Below, in pieces: positions 28,636 through 38,531 of a stretch of DNA of 64,000 nucleotides. The position numbers were made by a program, and so were the translations under genes. How positions within the stretch are numbered: position 1 is the stretch's first letter; each line of letters opens with the position of its first letter. The notes beneath the pieces were generated by a model. It was given only the letters and a program-made list of their open reading frames with translations. It made no database searches and was not told the origin of the DNA. The DNA is from a virus: IMG/VR virus record IMGVR_UViG_3300009129_001089; one strand, written 5' to 3'.

Positions 28636-29300
28636 TATGCTAATTTAAATATAAAAGATGTTTGTGTTAATCTACAATTTTCCTTAGTATCCCCAAAACA
28701 AGTTCCAGGAGCATGTAATAATTTACTATCATATAATACAATTCTATTAAAGGTATTTCCGACTACAGAGTCTACTTCAAAATTATCCTTATTTTGGTCT
28801 TGCCTATTCGCAGGATATATATCGTTAAATGCTAGATCTGGTACTCTATCTTTGTTTATGCCATTCCATCCTGTCTTTTTATGTGAATAAAATATAGTAC
28901 CACTATTAGGTCCGGGGTTAGGTGTTAAGTAAACAATAATGGCCATAATAGGATCTGTATCTTGATGAATACTTTTATTAACATTATCATGATCTTTAGT
29001 TTGTAATGTAAAATATGTATCTACTTCTAATTTAGTTTCATCACTAAACTTACAATATTGGTTCACAAAAGTTCGAGTATATTCATCTGCTTCAGGTAAT
29101 ATTTTACTAGCTCGTATTGTTCGTTCACCACAAAAATTTCCTATTTTAGATATCTCAACAACATCATCATTATCTAATTCTTCTGTTCTAATTGTATCAT
29201 GCAAATAATCTGCAGGATAAAATTCCTGTTTTAATAATTTATTTCTAATTAGAAATGGATCTGGGTAAAAATTTTCATATATAATTGAATTTAATCTCAT
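28635..29300 (-). CDS. 2OG-Fe(II) oxygenase-like (DUF6445-like), tandem paralog
   Basis: IHQD, GTIFYSHKKTGW, FNRIVLY...HAPG.CFG...RLTQ. Confidence 0.75.
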   Translation of the reverse strand: MRLNSIIYENFYPDPFLIRNKLLKQEFYPADYLHDTIRTEELDNDDVVEISKIGNFCGERTIRASKILPEADEYTRTFVNQYCKFSDETKLEVDTYFTLQTKDHDNVNKSIHQDTDPIMAIIVYLTPNPGPNSGTIFYSHKKTGWNGINKDRVPDLAFNDIYPANRQDQNKDNFEVDSVVGNTFNRIVLYDSKLLHAPGTCFGDTKENCRLTQTSFIFKLA

Positions 29301-29318
29301 AATATTCCTATATGGATA

Positions 29319-29394
29319 TGGAGCTGGCGACAGGAATTGAACCCGTGACCTGAGGTTTACAAAACCTCTGCTCTACCAACTGAGCTACGCCAGC
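29319..29394 (-). tRNA. tRNA-Thr(UGU)
   Basis: GCTGGCG...GAGGT TTTGTAA ACCTC...CGCCAGC T CCA. Confidence 0.96.
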
Positions 29395-29401
29395 ACTATA
29401 C

Positions 29402-29719
29402 TTATTTAAATCTAACTTTAGGTTCGGTCTTTTGTTGGTATGTCGCCTTAATTTCGGATTTTCTAGCATGTTCAACTATTTCGTCATAGTCTGGATTCTG
29501 CCATCGCTCGTGCCAATCGCAATCAGGGGTAGACACTTCAGTATAAGTACCATCAGGATGTTTCTTGCCAATTTTTTTGCCCCCTTGTTTATGTTTCTTT
29601 TTTTCTTGCTTTTTACGTTCCCGGTTTTCTAGATTAATCATGTGCCGGTATTGGGGCGAACGCTCTAGTGCTTCGTCTCTAAAATGTGGTTTATCTGTCA
29701 TATTAATGTGCTCTTGCAA
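29402..29719 (-). CDS. Hypothetical protein
   Basis: 105-aa ORF. Confidence 0.5.
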   Translation of the reverse strand: MQEHINMTDKPHFRDEALERSPQYRHMINLENRERKKQEKKKHKQGGKKIGKKHPDGTYTEVSTPDCDWHERWQNPDYDEIVEHARKSEIKATYQQKTEPKVRFK

Positions 29720-29817
29720 ATTCTATTCGTTTTAATGCATGGGCAGTATATTCTACTCTATCCTGCCAATAATAATAGTCTTCAACTGTTCGTGCATGTT
29801 TAACTTTATAAAAAGCC

Positions 29818-30081
29818 TCACGCAACTTTTTTACTAGGTCTTTCTTCGATTCCTTCATTTTCTTTCTCTTTAAGAAGGTTATCAATATCGCCCATAGAAA
29901 TAATTTTCTCGGCGTGCTCTACCTCATAATCGAGGATCTCGTAATCTAGCTCAGCCTTTGCCTCTTTAAATAAAAGGCTTTTAAGCCGGCTAGAGGCCTC
30001 AAGCAAAGTATTAAATTCGCTTGTTCTAATTCTAATCCCACCTTGGGGTCTTTCTTCAGTAATTAATTTTAATCTATACAT
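29818..30081 (-). CDS. Hypothetical protein
   Basis: 87-aa ORF directly behind TATAAATA. Confidence 0.5.
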   Translation of the reverse strand: MYRLKLITEERPQGGIRIRTSEFNTLLEASSRLKSLLFKEAKAELDYEILDYEVEHAEKIISMGDIDNLLKEKENEGIEERPSKKVA

Positions 30082-30088
30082 TACTTAA

Positions 30089-30143
30089 TATTTATAGGAC
30101 TGACTTCTATAACTAGTATAACATCTATAATTATTGAAGTCAA
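30089..30143 (-). promoter_or_regulatory. Sigma70-type promoter plus T4-like late promoter
   Basis: TTGACT-17 nt-TATACT (30115-30143) with TGn, then TATAAATA (30089-30096). Confidence 0.65.
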
Positions 30144-30802
30144 TCGGTTAATGGAGGAAAGTTGGGTATATTATCGGAAAAAACAAAATAGTCTCCGTTA
30201 AATAACCAACGGTTATAAACATCTTTTATTTCATTTGTACCATGTAATAGGTATGCAGGAAATAAAAAAAGATCACCTACGATTGGTTGACATTCATATT
30301 CATGTCGCCATTCGCAAGTGTATTCAAGGGCATTCCAAGGAAATAGTCCTTTTGGTCCATTATATATAGGACTTAAAAACCATAAACTAGGGAGAGTACC
30401 CTCTAAATGAAAATAATATGTATAACTAAATAATGCACCTTCGTGATCATGCAATCCTGAACCTGTACTATTGCCAAAATTTAAGAATGCACTTGTTTTT
30501 TTTATTTGTTGGTAGGTTGTATCAATTTGTAAATCCTTAATAAACTTGTCTGCACTTTCGTCAATAAAGTCAAATACTTCTTTAAAGACAGGATTTTTAA
30601 ATTCTTTTCCGTATGTAGGTGAGTTGGTCCAAAACCGTTTTTGAACAGAAGTGTATCCTTTATAATTTACATTTGCCCCATGTTCAAATGGGACATCAGG
30701 ATCCATTGTTCTTTTGGCTTCGTCTAATATTTGTTTATGAAAAGATTTGTCTTTATTAATATTAGTGTGATAAATCTTATGTGGAAATATTTGATGTATC
30801 AT
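30140..30802 (-). CDS. Putative 2OG-Fe(II) oxygenase (TIGR02466-like)
   Basis: LHDHEG..FS..YY, GDLFLFPAYLLHGT, RWLFNGD. Confidence 0.75.
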   Translation of the reverse strand: MIHQIFPHKIYHTNINKDKSFHKQILDEAKRTMDPDVPFEHGANVNYKGYTSVQKRFWTNSPTYGKEFKNPVFKEVFDFIDESADKFIKDLQIDTTYQQIKKTSAFLNFGNSTGSGLHDHEGALFSYTYYFHLEGTLPSLWFLSPIYNGPKGLFPWNALEYTCEWRHEYECQPIVGDLFLFPAYLLHGTNEIKDVYNRWLFNGDYFVFSDNIPNFPPLTD

Positions 30803-30934
30803 TTACTTTTTGTTTTGCAATTTCAAAATATTCTTGTTGTCTACGAGTATGTTCTTTTTGACATAATTCTAAAACTTCTCTTAATTTTTCATCGCTTAAC
30901 ACTCTTATTTGGGTTTCGGTTATTGGAAAATCTA

Positions 30935-31180
30935 TCATAGCCATTTAAGTTTAAATAGTACTTTTAATTTTGGATTTGTAATATCTGCATATATATAAAA
31001 TTTCATCAAATGTTCTTGTGGACTATACATTTGAACATATCGATAATCTTTATCGTATTTAAATTTTGTATTATCAAACCAAATTCGATATTTTTCTAAT
31101 AGTTTACTTGCCTTTGCTTGATGCCAAGGTTCATCATCTGCATTATCAGAGCATATAAAACTAACTAACTTCCGGCGCAC
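30935..31180 (-). CDS. Hypothetical phage protein
   Basis: 81 aa ending FKLKWL. Confidence 0.45.
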   Translation of the reverse strand: MRRKLVSFICSDNADDEPWHQAKASKLLEKYRIWFDNTKFKYDKDYRYVQMYSPQEHLMKFYIYADITNPKLKVLFKLKWL

Positions 31181-31412
31181 CTAATAATCCTACTAAGTCA
31201 GGATATCCGCCTTTTAAATATTTCCCTTCATATATAATCTGTGGAAATATTTTATATGGTCCGATTTTATTATAGAGGTCCCTTGGTGTTAAATCTTCTC
31301 CTACAGTTTGCATAGTAAATTCTATGTTATTCTGCTCAAACAATTCTTTTGCCTTATTACAATATGAACAATCTGGTATTTTTACATGTGTGTATAATAT
31401 TGTTTCACTCAT
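31161..31412 (-). CDS. Glutaredoxin
   Basis: CSYC, FPQI, GGY.DL. Confidence 0.88.
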   Translation of the reverse strand: MSETILYTHVKIPDCSYCNKAKELFEQNNIEFTMQTVGEDLTPRDLYNKIGPYKIFPQIIYEGKYLKGGYPDLVGLLGAPEVS

Positions 31413-32568
31413 TTTCTCTCACTATTTTGTTTATGTTTTCTTCAAAATTATCTAAATTAAATACAGGACTTGCATTATATATGCTAGTCAGGGGTCGTTT
31501 AGTTAAATCTTTACTTTTTGTGTGCCATAGATGTTTTGCCGCACCGATTGCAATTCCAGCATCATCGGCAACAGGTTCTATGAATATATTTACATCTGGC
31601 GGAAGTTCTTGTGTGTATCTAAAATTTGCCAAACAATTCAATGCATAACCACCACTAAAACAAATATTCTTGCAAGCATCAAAATCACAATGATCAAATA
31701 CAAAATTTAAAACTGCATCTTCACTTTCTTTTTGCATTTTTTTGGCTAAATTTGCATAGTCATGATATTTGTCTTTTATATCTCGCATTTGTCCTCTCTC
31801 TAAAAAAGGCACATCTTTTATAATTTCGTTTAAAGTAAAATCTATTTCAGGTTTAATTTCATATCTAAAATTTTCTCCTAATTTTCCTTCGTCTTTAGTT
31901 GGCATTCTATTATATTCATTAAATGATATTGTGCAACCAAAACTATCATTATATCGTGAAGGAACCCATATATTAAAAAAAGGAGGTAAACTTTCATCTA
32001 TAGTACCATATGCACTTAGCCCCATAAGTTTACCATTTTCTAACTCGTCTTCTCCTATTAAATTTGTTATAATAGAATATAATCTAGTTATACCAAACCA
32101 ATGAGAAGGGTTATGTGCTATGCGATTAAAATTAGCAGGATACGATGTTTCAAATATAGTTTCTGTTTCTCTACCTACAAAACTATCTTGTTCTTCTCTA
32201 TAATCTATTGAACCTTGGGAATCGACTACAACAGAATATGCTTCGTCAAACCCTGAATCATAAAAAGCAAGAGAAGCATGACATAAATGATGTTGTCCTG
32301 CATAATCTATTGCTTCTGTTTCTGCCATTTTTTCTGCAAATATTTTCCAGAAATTAGTAGAAAATAATTCTGCAATATCTTCTGTAGGTGATGAATAAGC
32401 AACGGCATCTAGTTTACCTAAGGATAAACAATGTAATGCGGCTTTCATAGGGTTAGCATCTCGTTTCGTATTAGACAACGATTCTTCTTTAATATAAGAT
32501 TCGATTTCGCCGTTATTTAATACTACTGCCTGTGAATCATGTGCAACACCTAATCCTAAAATTCTCAT
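31405..32568 (-). CDS. Carbamoyltransferase N-terminal (Kae1-like) domain, NodU/CmcH family
   Basis: HDS, HHLCHA..AFY.SGF, VVD..G, GKLMGLSAYG, SGGYALNC.AN, P.ADDAG.AIGAA. Confidence 0.88.
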   Translation of the reverse strand: MRILGLGVAHDSQAVVLNNGEIESYIKEESLSNTKRDANPMKAALHCLSLGKLDAVAYSSPTEDIAELFSTNFWKIFAEKMAETEAIDYAGQHHLCHASLAFYDSGFDEAYSVVVDSQGSIDYREEQDSFVGRETETIFETSYPANFNRIAHNPSHWFGITRLYSIITNLIGEDELENGKLMGLSAYGTIDESLPPFFNIWVPSRYNDSFGCTISFNEYNRMPTKDEGKLGENFRYEIKPEIDFTLNEIIKDVPFLERGQMRDIKDKYHDYANLAKKMQKESEDAVLNFVFDHCDFDACKNICFSGGYALNCLANFRYTQELPPDVNIFIEPVADDAGIAIGAAKHLWHTKSKDLTKRPLTSIYNASPVFNLDNFEENINKIVRENE

Positions 32569-33116
32569 ACTACTGCCTTTTCTATTTCAGGAAACCAAAC
32601 AAAATCTAATTTACTATCTAAAAAAACCTCAATTGCTTTTGCAGGGTTAAACACAATTGGTTGACCGGCTAGATTAAAACTAGTATTGAGTATTAAAGGT
32701 ATACTAGTCTGATTATAAAATTCATTAATTAAATCATAGTATAAAGGATTTTGATCCCTATTAACAGTTTGCAATCTACAAGTACCGTCAACATGTATCA
32801 CTGCTGGTATTTTTTCCCATTTGTCTTCCTTTACTGGAACAGCATAACTCATAAAAGGCGAGGATTTAAGTCTACCCATTTCAAACCATTCGTGTGCATA
32901 TTCTTCTAATATACTACATGCAAATGGTCTGTACCATTCTCTATTTTTAACTTCATTAACTCTATCTTTACCATCTTCCATTCTAGGATCAGCAATAATA
33001 GATCTATTACCTAATGCTCTAGGTCCTAATTCTAATTTACCTTGAAAAATAGCACCTATTTCTTTATTAATTAATTTACTTACTATATCTTTAATAGTAC
33101 ATCTTAATGTTTCCAT
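32565..33116 (-). CDS. Carbamoyltransferase C-terminal (YrdC-like) domain, NodU/CmcH family
   Basis: E.GPRALGNRSI, K.REWYRPFA, HVDGTCRLQTV, LNTSFNLAGQP. Confidence 0.92.
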   Translation of the reverse strand: METLRCTIKDIVSKLINKEIGAIFQGKLELGPRALGNRSIIADPRMEDGKDRVNEVKNREWYRPFACSILEEYAHEWFEMGRLKSSPFMSYAVPVKEDKWEKIPAVIHVDGTCRLQTVNRDQNPLYYDLINEFYNQTSIPLILNTSFNLAGQPIVFNPAKAIEVFLDSKLDFVWFPEIEKAVV

Positions 33117-33937
33117 TAGGATCCTAACATGCCATCTTCCATATTTTGATCTCTTTTGGCTTGCTCTAATTCCTCTTGTTCTTTATGAGCAATAGAATCT
33201 TTATTTGGATCAAAATTAATATAATCTGCATTTTCTCTAGTCCACTTTGCATCTTCTAATGCTCCCGCTCTAAGTAATTCTTCAAAAGGTACAGGGTCTC
33301 CTTCTTGCTCGATCCGTTCTGCCGTTGGTACATCATAATACCAACGAGTTTCGTCAGGCGGGTCTTGTCGTCTTCCGGTAGATATTAAATATTTGTAAAC
33401 ATTGTCCCAATGAGTTACTTTATAAGGATCTACATCGTGTGCAACATTGTCTTCTTTTCCGTCTTCAACAAAAAGTTGTTCGACAGTATTATTTTCAACT
33501 ACCATTGCATAACGCCATGATCTTTTGCCGTATCCCATATTTGATTTATCTACTAACATGCCAATTTTTTCTGTAAATTCTCCATTACCATCTGCTATCC
33601 AATCTACTTTAATAACAAAATGGGCCCATAACCAAGATTGCATACAGAAACTATCATTTACGCCAATAAAATATATATTTTCTATATCTTTTGTATACAT
33701 CATATCAAATTGCCCATCATACATTTGCATTTGATGTGTACAATTGTCTGTCCATGCTCCAGGAATGCCTACTATTACGCATCTATCTTTGAACATTTTT
33801 TCAGAATTCCACTTTTGCCAAAGTCGCGGTGGTGCTTTATCCCATGCCGCGGCATGTCCAATAGGACCATTAACTCCTACTTCTCTTCTATACATGTCCC
33901 AAGTAATAATAGGAAGTGTGTCGCCTTCTTTAATCAT
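33116..33937 (-). CDS. Prx5-type peroxiredoxin with C-terminal extension
   Basis: PGAWTDNC, VNDSFCM.SW, ADGNGEFT..IGM, GKRSWRYAMVV. Confidence 0.85.
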   Translation of the reverse strand: MIKEGDTLPIITWDMYRREVGVNGPIGHAAAWDKAPPRLWQKWNSEKMFKDRCVIVGIPGAWTDNCTHQMQMYDGQFDMMYTKDIENIYFIGVNDSFCMQSWLWAHFVIKVDWIADGNGEFTEKIGMLVDKSNMGYGKRSWRYAMVVENNTVEQLFVEDGKEDNVAHDVDPYKVTHWDNVYKYLISTGRRQDPPDETRWYYDVPTAERIEQEGDPVPFEELLRAGALEDAKWTRENADYINFDPNKDSIAHKEQEELEQAKRDQNMEDGMLGS

Positions 33938-33948
33938 AAAATATCTCC

Positions 33949-35583
33949 TTAATGTCGATTATAAACATAATCTAATAATTCTTTATGTGTAATTGCATTT
34001 TCTGCAACTTCGTTTTTTATTTCTGTACACGTATCATAAACTAGTTTACCTATTTTATCTAACTTAAAATTATGTAACTCTCTTTGAGCATTATGAGCTC
34101 CTGCTAATCCTGATCTTTTACCTACTGTTGCCCATGAACCAATTCCAAAAGGTTTTGAAGGATCTGACAAATATTCGTAACCTCTAGGAGGCCGATGGGC
34201 CCATGTCCATATTTTTTCTTTAAGGGATTCGGATATATTATCATCATTTTTAAAATATTTCCAATAGTCTGAATCCTGCCTTTTTTGAAGATGGCAAAAA
34301 CAAATATAATCTCTTGTATGTTCAAATGCACTATTTACTGTATCATTATAATGGTTTACGTCTCGCCCTTCAAATTCCATTGCTTTATTAAACATCGGAA
34401 AAAATACTTGTGTTAAAAATCCTAAGGATAAAATTAATGCACTACCATCTAATGGTTCTAAAAATCCTTCCGATAATCCTACTGCCATACAATTTTTAAC
34501 CCATGATCGTTTGTATCTACCTGGTGTCCACGATAATTGCTTACCTATTGAAGGATTGTACCCTTTATTATTCCAATGTTCTAATTGTTCTTTTTGAATT
34601 GTTTCTTTGTCAACAAATTTATCTGAATAAACATACCCTGTTCCAATTCTATCTCGTAAAGGTATTTTAAACATCCATCCGTATTTTTGTGCATCCAGTA
34701 TTGTAAAAACATTAGGATCTTCTCCTTCTTTATATTTTACACCACCATCAATTAGTGATACAGAATTTTGTGGAATATAGTTTGAATAATCTATCCATTC
34801 TTCGTTGAATATATCGCCTAAAATTAATCGTCTAAATCCAGTACAATCAAAAAAGAAATCACCTTTTATTTTTCTTCCAGTATCTAATTTTAATTCTGTT
34901 AAATTTCCTGTTTTTCTATTTTGCTTCCAATTTACTACTTTACCATCTATTACTGTTATCTGTCGTTGGTTACATATTTTCTTTAAAAAATCTACAGATA
35001 AATTAGCATCCATATGCATACCCATTGTAGCAGAAAGGTCTTGGCCTAACATGCTTTCTAAACGAAGATTGCCTTCTTTTATTTTTTGGATTTGGGGTCT
35101 CCCATTTTCTTGTGTTATAAAAGGTACTTTATTTTCTAAAACTAAATTATCAAATCCATATTCGTTACAATCTTTATTAGCAAGATAGTACAAAATATCA
35201 AGACCCAAATCTAAATAAGGATTATAAAAATCAAAATTATTTGTTCGTGTATGTTCTATTTTTAAATCTAACATAACAGATAGTGCATGAAGCATATGAT
35301 GGTATGATTCTCCTTCATAATTCCAATTGTCAAACCTTGCACTCATTTTAAATGTTCCGTTTGATTCTTTCATAAATTTATAAGGATCTATTCCTACTCT
35401 GTTTAGAAGTATTGGAACATTTTGAGCAGTCGATTCACCGACACCAATTGTACCTATACTAGAAGATTCTATAACTGTAACAGTTAACTCTGGCCATAAA
35501 TTTGTACCAAACGCATATCTAACCAATAATGCTGTCATATATCCGGAAAACCCTCCGCCTACAATTACTATATCTTTTATCAT
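33949..35583 (-). CDS. Flavin-dependent tryptophan halogenase-like protein
   Basis: GGGFSG, IGVGEST, GTFK, DCTGF, GWMFKIPL, GFLEPLDG. Confidence 0.85.
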   Translation of the reverse strand: MIKDIVIVGGGFSGYMTALLVRYAFGTNLWPELTVTVIESSSIGTIGVGESTAQNVPILLNRVGIDPYKFMKESNGTFKMSARFDNWNYEGESYHHMLHALSVMLDLKIEHTRTNNFDFYNPYLDLGLDILYYLANKDCNEYGFDNLVLENKVPFITQENGRPQIQKIKEGNLRLESMLGQDLSATMGMHMDANLSVDFLKKICNQRQITVIDGKVVNWKQNRKTGNLTELKLDTGRKIKGDFFFDCTGFRRLILGDIFNEEWIDYSNYIPQNSVSLIDGGVKYKEGEDPNVFTILDAQKYGWMFKIPLRDRIGTGYVYSDKFVDKETIQKEQLEHWNNKGYNPSIGKQLSWTPGRYKRSWVKNCMAVGLSEGFLEPLDGSALILSLGFLTQVFFPMFNKAMEFEGRDVNHYNDTVNSAFEHTRDYICFCHLQKRQDSDYWKYFKNDDNISESLKEKIWTWAHRPPRGYEYLSDPSKPFGIGSWATVGKRSGLAGAHNAQRELHNFKLDKIGKLVYDTCTEIKNEVAENAITHKELLDYVYNRH

Positions 35584-36434
35584 CTTAATTCTTCTATTGC
35601 TATTTTAATTTCATCAAAAGGAATGTTGTCTATACCTTCGGAAAAACAACATGTATGATCTTTGTGACTTGTTAAACAAGGTGAACAATGTCTTTTGTTA
35701 TATAAGTTTATATTTTGTTCCCAGCCATATTGTTTAGGATCATTTGCTCCCCAAAGAAATAATCCTTTTTTCTTAAAAACTCTAGATGCATGATTTAAAA
35801 AATTATCACATCCTATTACAAATGTTGCCATAGGAATAGATGATAATGCTTGTCTAATAGATATCTGATCCATTAAATTAATTACATTATCTCGTTCTTC
35901 AAATTCTAAATCATAATCTTTAGATCCTATTTGTAAAAATACAATATCTTTATATGTATCAAAAATTTGTTCCCAAACTTTTTTATTAATTGTTTTTCCT
36001 GACATTAATTGTTCATTTTTAGGTGCAGAAAAAACTACTGATGTTGTAAAATCTTTAAAAATATCATCTGGTAATTTATCATTATCTAATAATATTTCCA
36101 TATCATTAGGTGAAGCCTCAACATTATATAATTCGCTCCGTTGTTGAAATAATCCTTTTTGTTTTGTGAAGAATGCCCAACTTAAAAGACCAGTGATACA
36201 TATATGTTTATCATATGCATTTTTAAGTTGATCACTAATATTTATATGGTTATAATTTTTTGGTGCAGGAATTATAGTTTTTAAATAACTTGCACTATAA
36301 AATATTTCAGCATTATCAAAATACGTAAATAAATCTATTTCATATTTGGGATGTTTTTCTTTTAACTTTTTAATAAATGCAGTATCTATTATTGCATCAC
36401 CTAATCCGCCGTTATGCTCAATGAGTAACTTCAT
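35580..36434 (-). CDS. Glycosyltransferase family 9-like
   Basis: GGLGDAI, QIG, IGCDNFLNHA, LWG, CSPC. Confidence 0.75.
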   Translation of the reverse strand: MKLLIEHNGGLGDAIIDTAFIKKLKEKHPKYEIDLFTYFDNAEIFYSASYLKTIIPAPKNYNHINISDQLKNAYDKHICITGLLSWAFFTKQKGLFQQRSELYNVEASPNDMEILLDNDKLPDDIFKDFTTSVVFSAPKNEQLMSGKTINKKVWEQIFDTYKDIVFLQIGSKDYDLEFEERDNVINLMDQISIRQALSSIPMATFVIGCDNFLNHASRVFKKKGLFLWGANDPKQYGWEQNINLYNKRHCSPCLTSHKDHTCCFSEGIDNIPFDEIKIAIEELR

Positions 36435-36756
36435 ATTGGTCTAATTCTTTAGGTCTTTCATCCGAAACAGCCAATATATCGTTTTCATCTATCATGCGAA
36501 TATCTTGAACAAATGTATCTGTTTCTTTATCATGAACTGTAGCGGCCCATGTCCATCTTCCATGAGAAACTAAAATATACTGTCCTGGAACAACATCTTT
36601 TTGCTCTGGACCAATTGCTCGTACTATAAACCATCTAGGTCTAATACCTTCTTCTTTACCGTCATCATCTAATAACTGAATTCCGCTGTCAGTTGTTCTT
36701 GCTCCAATTTCACAAGAACTTGCTAATACTCTACTTTTTAGTGGTTTTACTTGCAT
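36418..36756 (-). CDS. groES: GroES-like co-chaperonin
   Basis: VKPLKSRVL, T.SGI.L, V.AIGP, E.DILAV. Confidence 0.8.
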   Translation of the reverse strand: MQVKPLKSRVLASSCEIGARTTDSGIQLLDDDGKEEGIRPRWFIVRAIGPEQKDVVPGQYILVSHGRWTWAATVHDKETDTFVQDIRMIDENDILAVSDERPKELDQYEVTH

Positions 36757-37123
36757 GTAACTCCTTTTCTTCTATTGAACCATCTGAGTATTCGTACTCT
36801 ACAAACTCTTTGCCGTCACGTGTAAATTTACGTTCAGCAATTATTTCCCATTCTTTTTCTTCTATTACAGTTTGTTTTTTTGTTTTTGTACCAGTGATTT
36901 TTTCTTCTAAATCATCTAGTGTTTTAACTTCTTCTTTAGGTGCAGTTAGTTTTTCTTTATAAAATTCTTTTTGCACTTCTTGGGCAGGTACTTCTATTTC
37001 GCCACCAGGACCAAGAATATCTCCTCTAGCATTCATAGGTATGTTACTAACGGCAACAGAAGTATCATTGGCTGCAATTAATGCGGCCATATTAATTTCT
37101 TTTCCCCTTGCTGTTTTTGTCAT
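36731..37123 (-). CDS. Conserved hypothetical phage protein
   Basis: TARGKEINM...AVSN..MNARGDILGPGG. Confidence 0.55.
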   Translation of the reverse strand: MTKTARGKEINMAALIAANDTSVAVSNIPMNARGDILGPGGEIEVPAQEVQKEFYKEKLTAPKEEVKTLDDLEEKITGTKTKKQTVIEEKEWEIIAERKFTRDGKEFVEYEYSDGSIEEKELHASKTTKK

Positions 37124-37644
37124 TTTAAAAACTCCTTTATGTTTAAGTCATGGTGTAAACTATTTACTTTATGCACACCTAACAGATATAAACAATAACT
37201 AGCAACAGAACTACCTCTGCCTACACCCCAAACTATGTTATTTTCTCGCATAAAGTCTACAAAAAATATCATAAAACGTAATACATTTTTCATATTGCGT
37301 TCTTCAAACATTTGTATTTCTAATTCTACTCTATCTATTTCTTTTTGTGTTTTTGTTAATTCACGTATGTAATTATAAGGATTTATATTTTTATATTTGT
37401 CCGGTATGAACCAATTGTCTAAACACTTTTGTATATATGCTTTTTTATCTTCGGTACTGCTTGTGAATTGCAGTTTAGGCATATCCAAATCATAATTATC
37501 TATTATACTATTATATATCTCTAAATCTTCCGAGCGTTTACACTTAACATTTGTTAAATCAGACCCTTGATATAATAAGTCAAAAACTGCTTTATCATCG
37601 AGTATAATCTCGCCGTTATTATCTATATAATTGTCGTACCACAT
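37120..37644 (-). CDS. DNA polymerase III alpha (DnaE)-like fragment
   Basis: RV..E..MF, VWGVGRGSSVASYCLYLLGV.KVN.L; ends before the catalytic PDxD motif. Confidence 0.75.
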   Translation of the reverse strand: MWYDNYIDNNGEIILDDKAVFDLLYQGSDLTNVKCKRSEDLEIYNSIIDNYDLDMPKLQFTSSTEDKKAYIQKCLDNWFIPDKYKNINPYNYIRELTKTQKEIDRVELEIQMFEERNMKNVLRFMIFFVDFMRENNIVWGVGRGSSVASYCLYLLGVHKVNSLHHDLNIKEFLK

Positions 37645-37871
37645 TAGCCTATTGATAATGAATCGTTATAATCTTCAGAAGATTCTAATTCTTTACGTAA
37701 ACTTTCTTCAGATTTTTCTTTGATTAATAATTCGATTTGATTAAGAATACCGGTTACTTGATCTCTAACTCTTAAGTTATTAATACCCATAAGTTTTTTT
37801 GTTAGTTCGGTTTTCTTTTCAGCAAGTTGCTCTACTGTTAGATTTGAAAAGTCTACAAAAGGATTAAACAT
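37644..37871 (-). CDS. Hypothetical coiled-coil protein
   Basis: 75 aa, MFNPF start, coupled to the DnaE-like gene. Confidence 0.55.
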   Translation of the reverse strand: MFNPFVDFSNLTVEQLAEKKTELTKKLMGINNLRVRDQVTGILNQIELLIKEKSEESLRKELESSEDYNDSLSIG

Positions 37872-38151
37872 TTTTAACTTTATTATGGTGCTCTTGCAAT
37901 TCTTTATGTTTATTCATTGAAGTAACTGCTAAAATCGCCCCAAACGATATGTGAAATATGGCACCTGCACCTAGTGTTAGAGGTTCCCACCTAGTTACAC
38001 CTTCGGCCGCACAATCGTGATTTGCACAATGTTCGGCCATTGCTAAATTCCACATTAAAGGAGCAATAAAAAAATCAATCAGGCAAAGAAACAAATAAAC
38101 TAAACCTGCCCAATCTCTCCAATGTCTATTAATGGTTTTGTTAATACCCAT
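37864..38151 (-). CDS. Putative holin-like membrane protein
   Basis: WR...G.VYL..C..DF...P, W.PLTL.AG..FH..FGAIL. Confidence 0.55.
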   Translation of the reverse strand: MGINKTINRHWRDWAGLVYLFLCLIDFFIAPLMWNLAMAEHCANHDCAAEGVTRWEPLTLGAGAIFHISFGAILAVTSMNKHKELQEHHNKVKNV

Positions 38152-38165
38152 ATTACCTCTATTTT

Positions 38166-38402
38166 TTATCCATAGGGCCTTTTTTCCTTATTTAATATTA
38201 TATTATCTTCATCTACACATTGTCGATAAGGATGTTTATAGTCAGTATTCCACCCTGCTCTAGTACCTCTTTGTAGTCCCCATCGATTCTTTTCCCAATA
38301 TCCATAACAACCATCTCCATTTGAATTTGTGAAGGTTGTACAACTACTAATAACAAAAATCCATATTGTTATCATTATTAAACCCCATAATGATATTCTC
38401 AT
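38166..38402 (-). CDS. Putative lipoprotein
   Basis: Hydrophobic N-terminus ending ISSC. Confidence 0.45.
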   Translation of the reverse strand: MRISLWGLIMITIWIFVISSCTTFTNSNGDGCYGYWEKNRWGLQRGTRAGWNTDYKHPYRQCVDEDNIILNKEKRPYG

Positions 38403-38531
38403 AGTTTTGTTTATACCTTATAACTTAATTTGCATTAATGCTTTTTCTTTTATTTGACTATTTTTTTCCTTTAGAATTTAAATTTTTTCTTTAATTTCTT
38501 TGGCCATGATAATTTCCTATCTATATATCAT

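Noticed and set aside
27515-29300. Repeated DNA segments as a CRISPR array or DGR template/variable repeats
   Set aside because: The similarity comes from three tandem paralogous genes; there is no regular repeat-spacer period, no reverse transcriptase and no adenine-specific pattern
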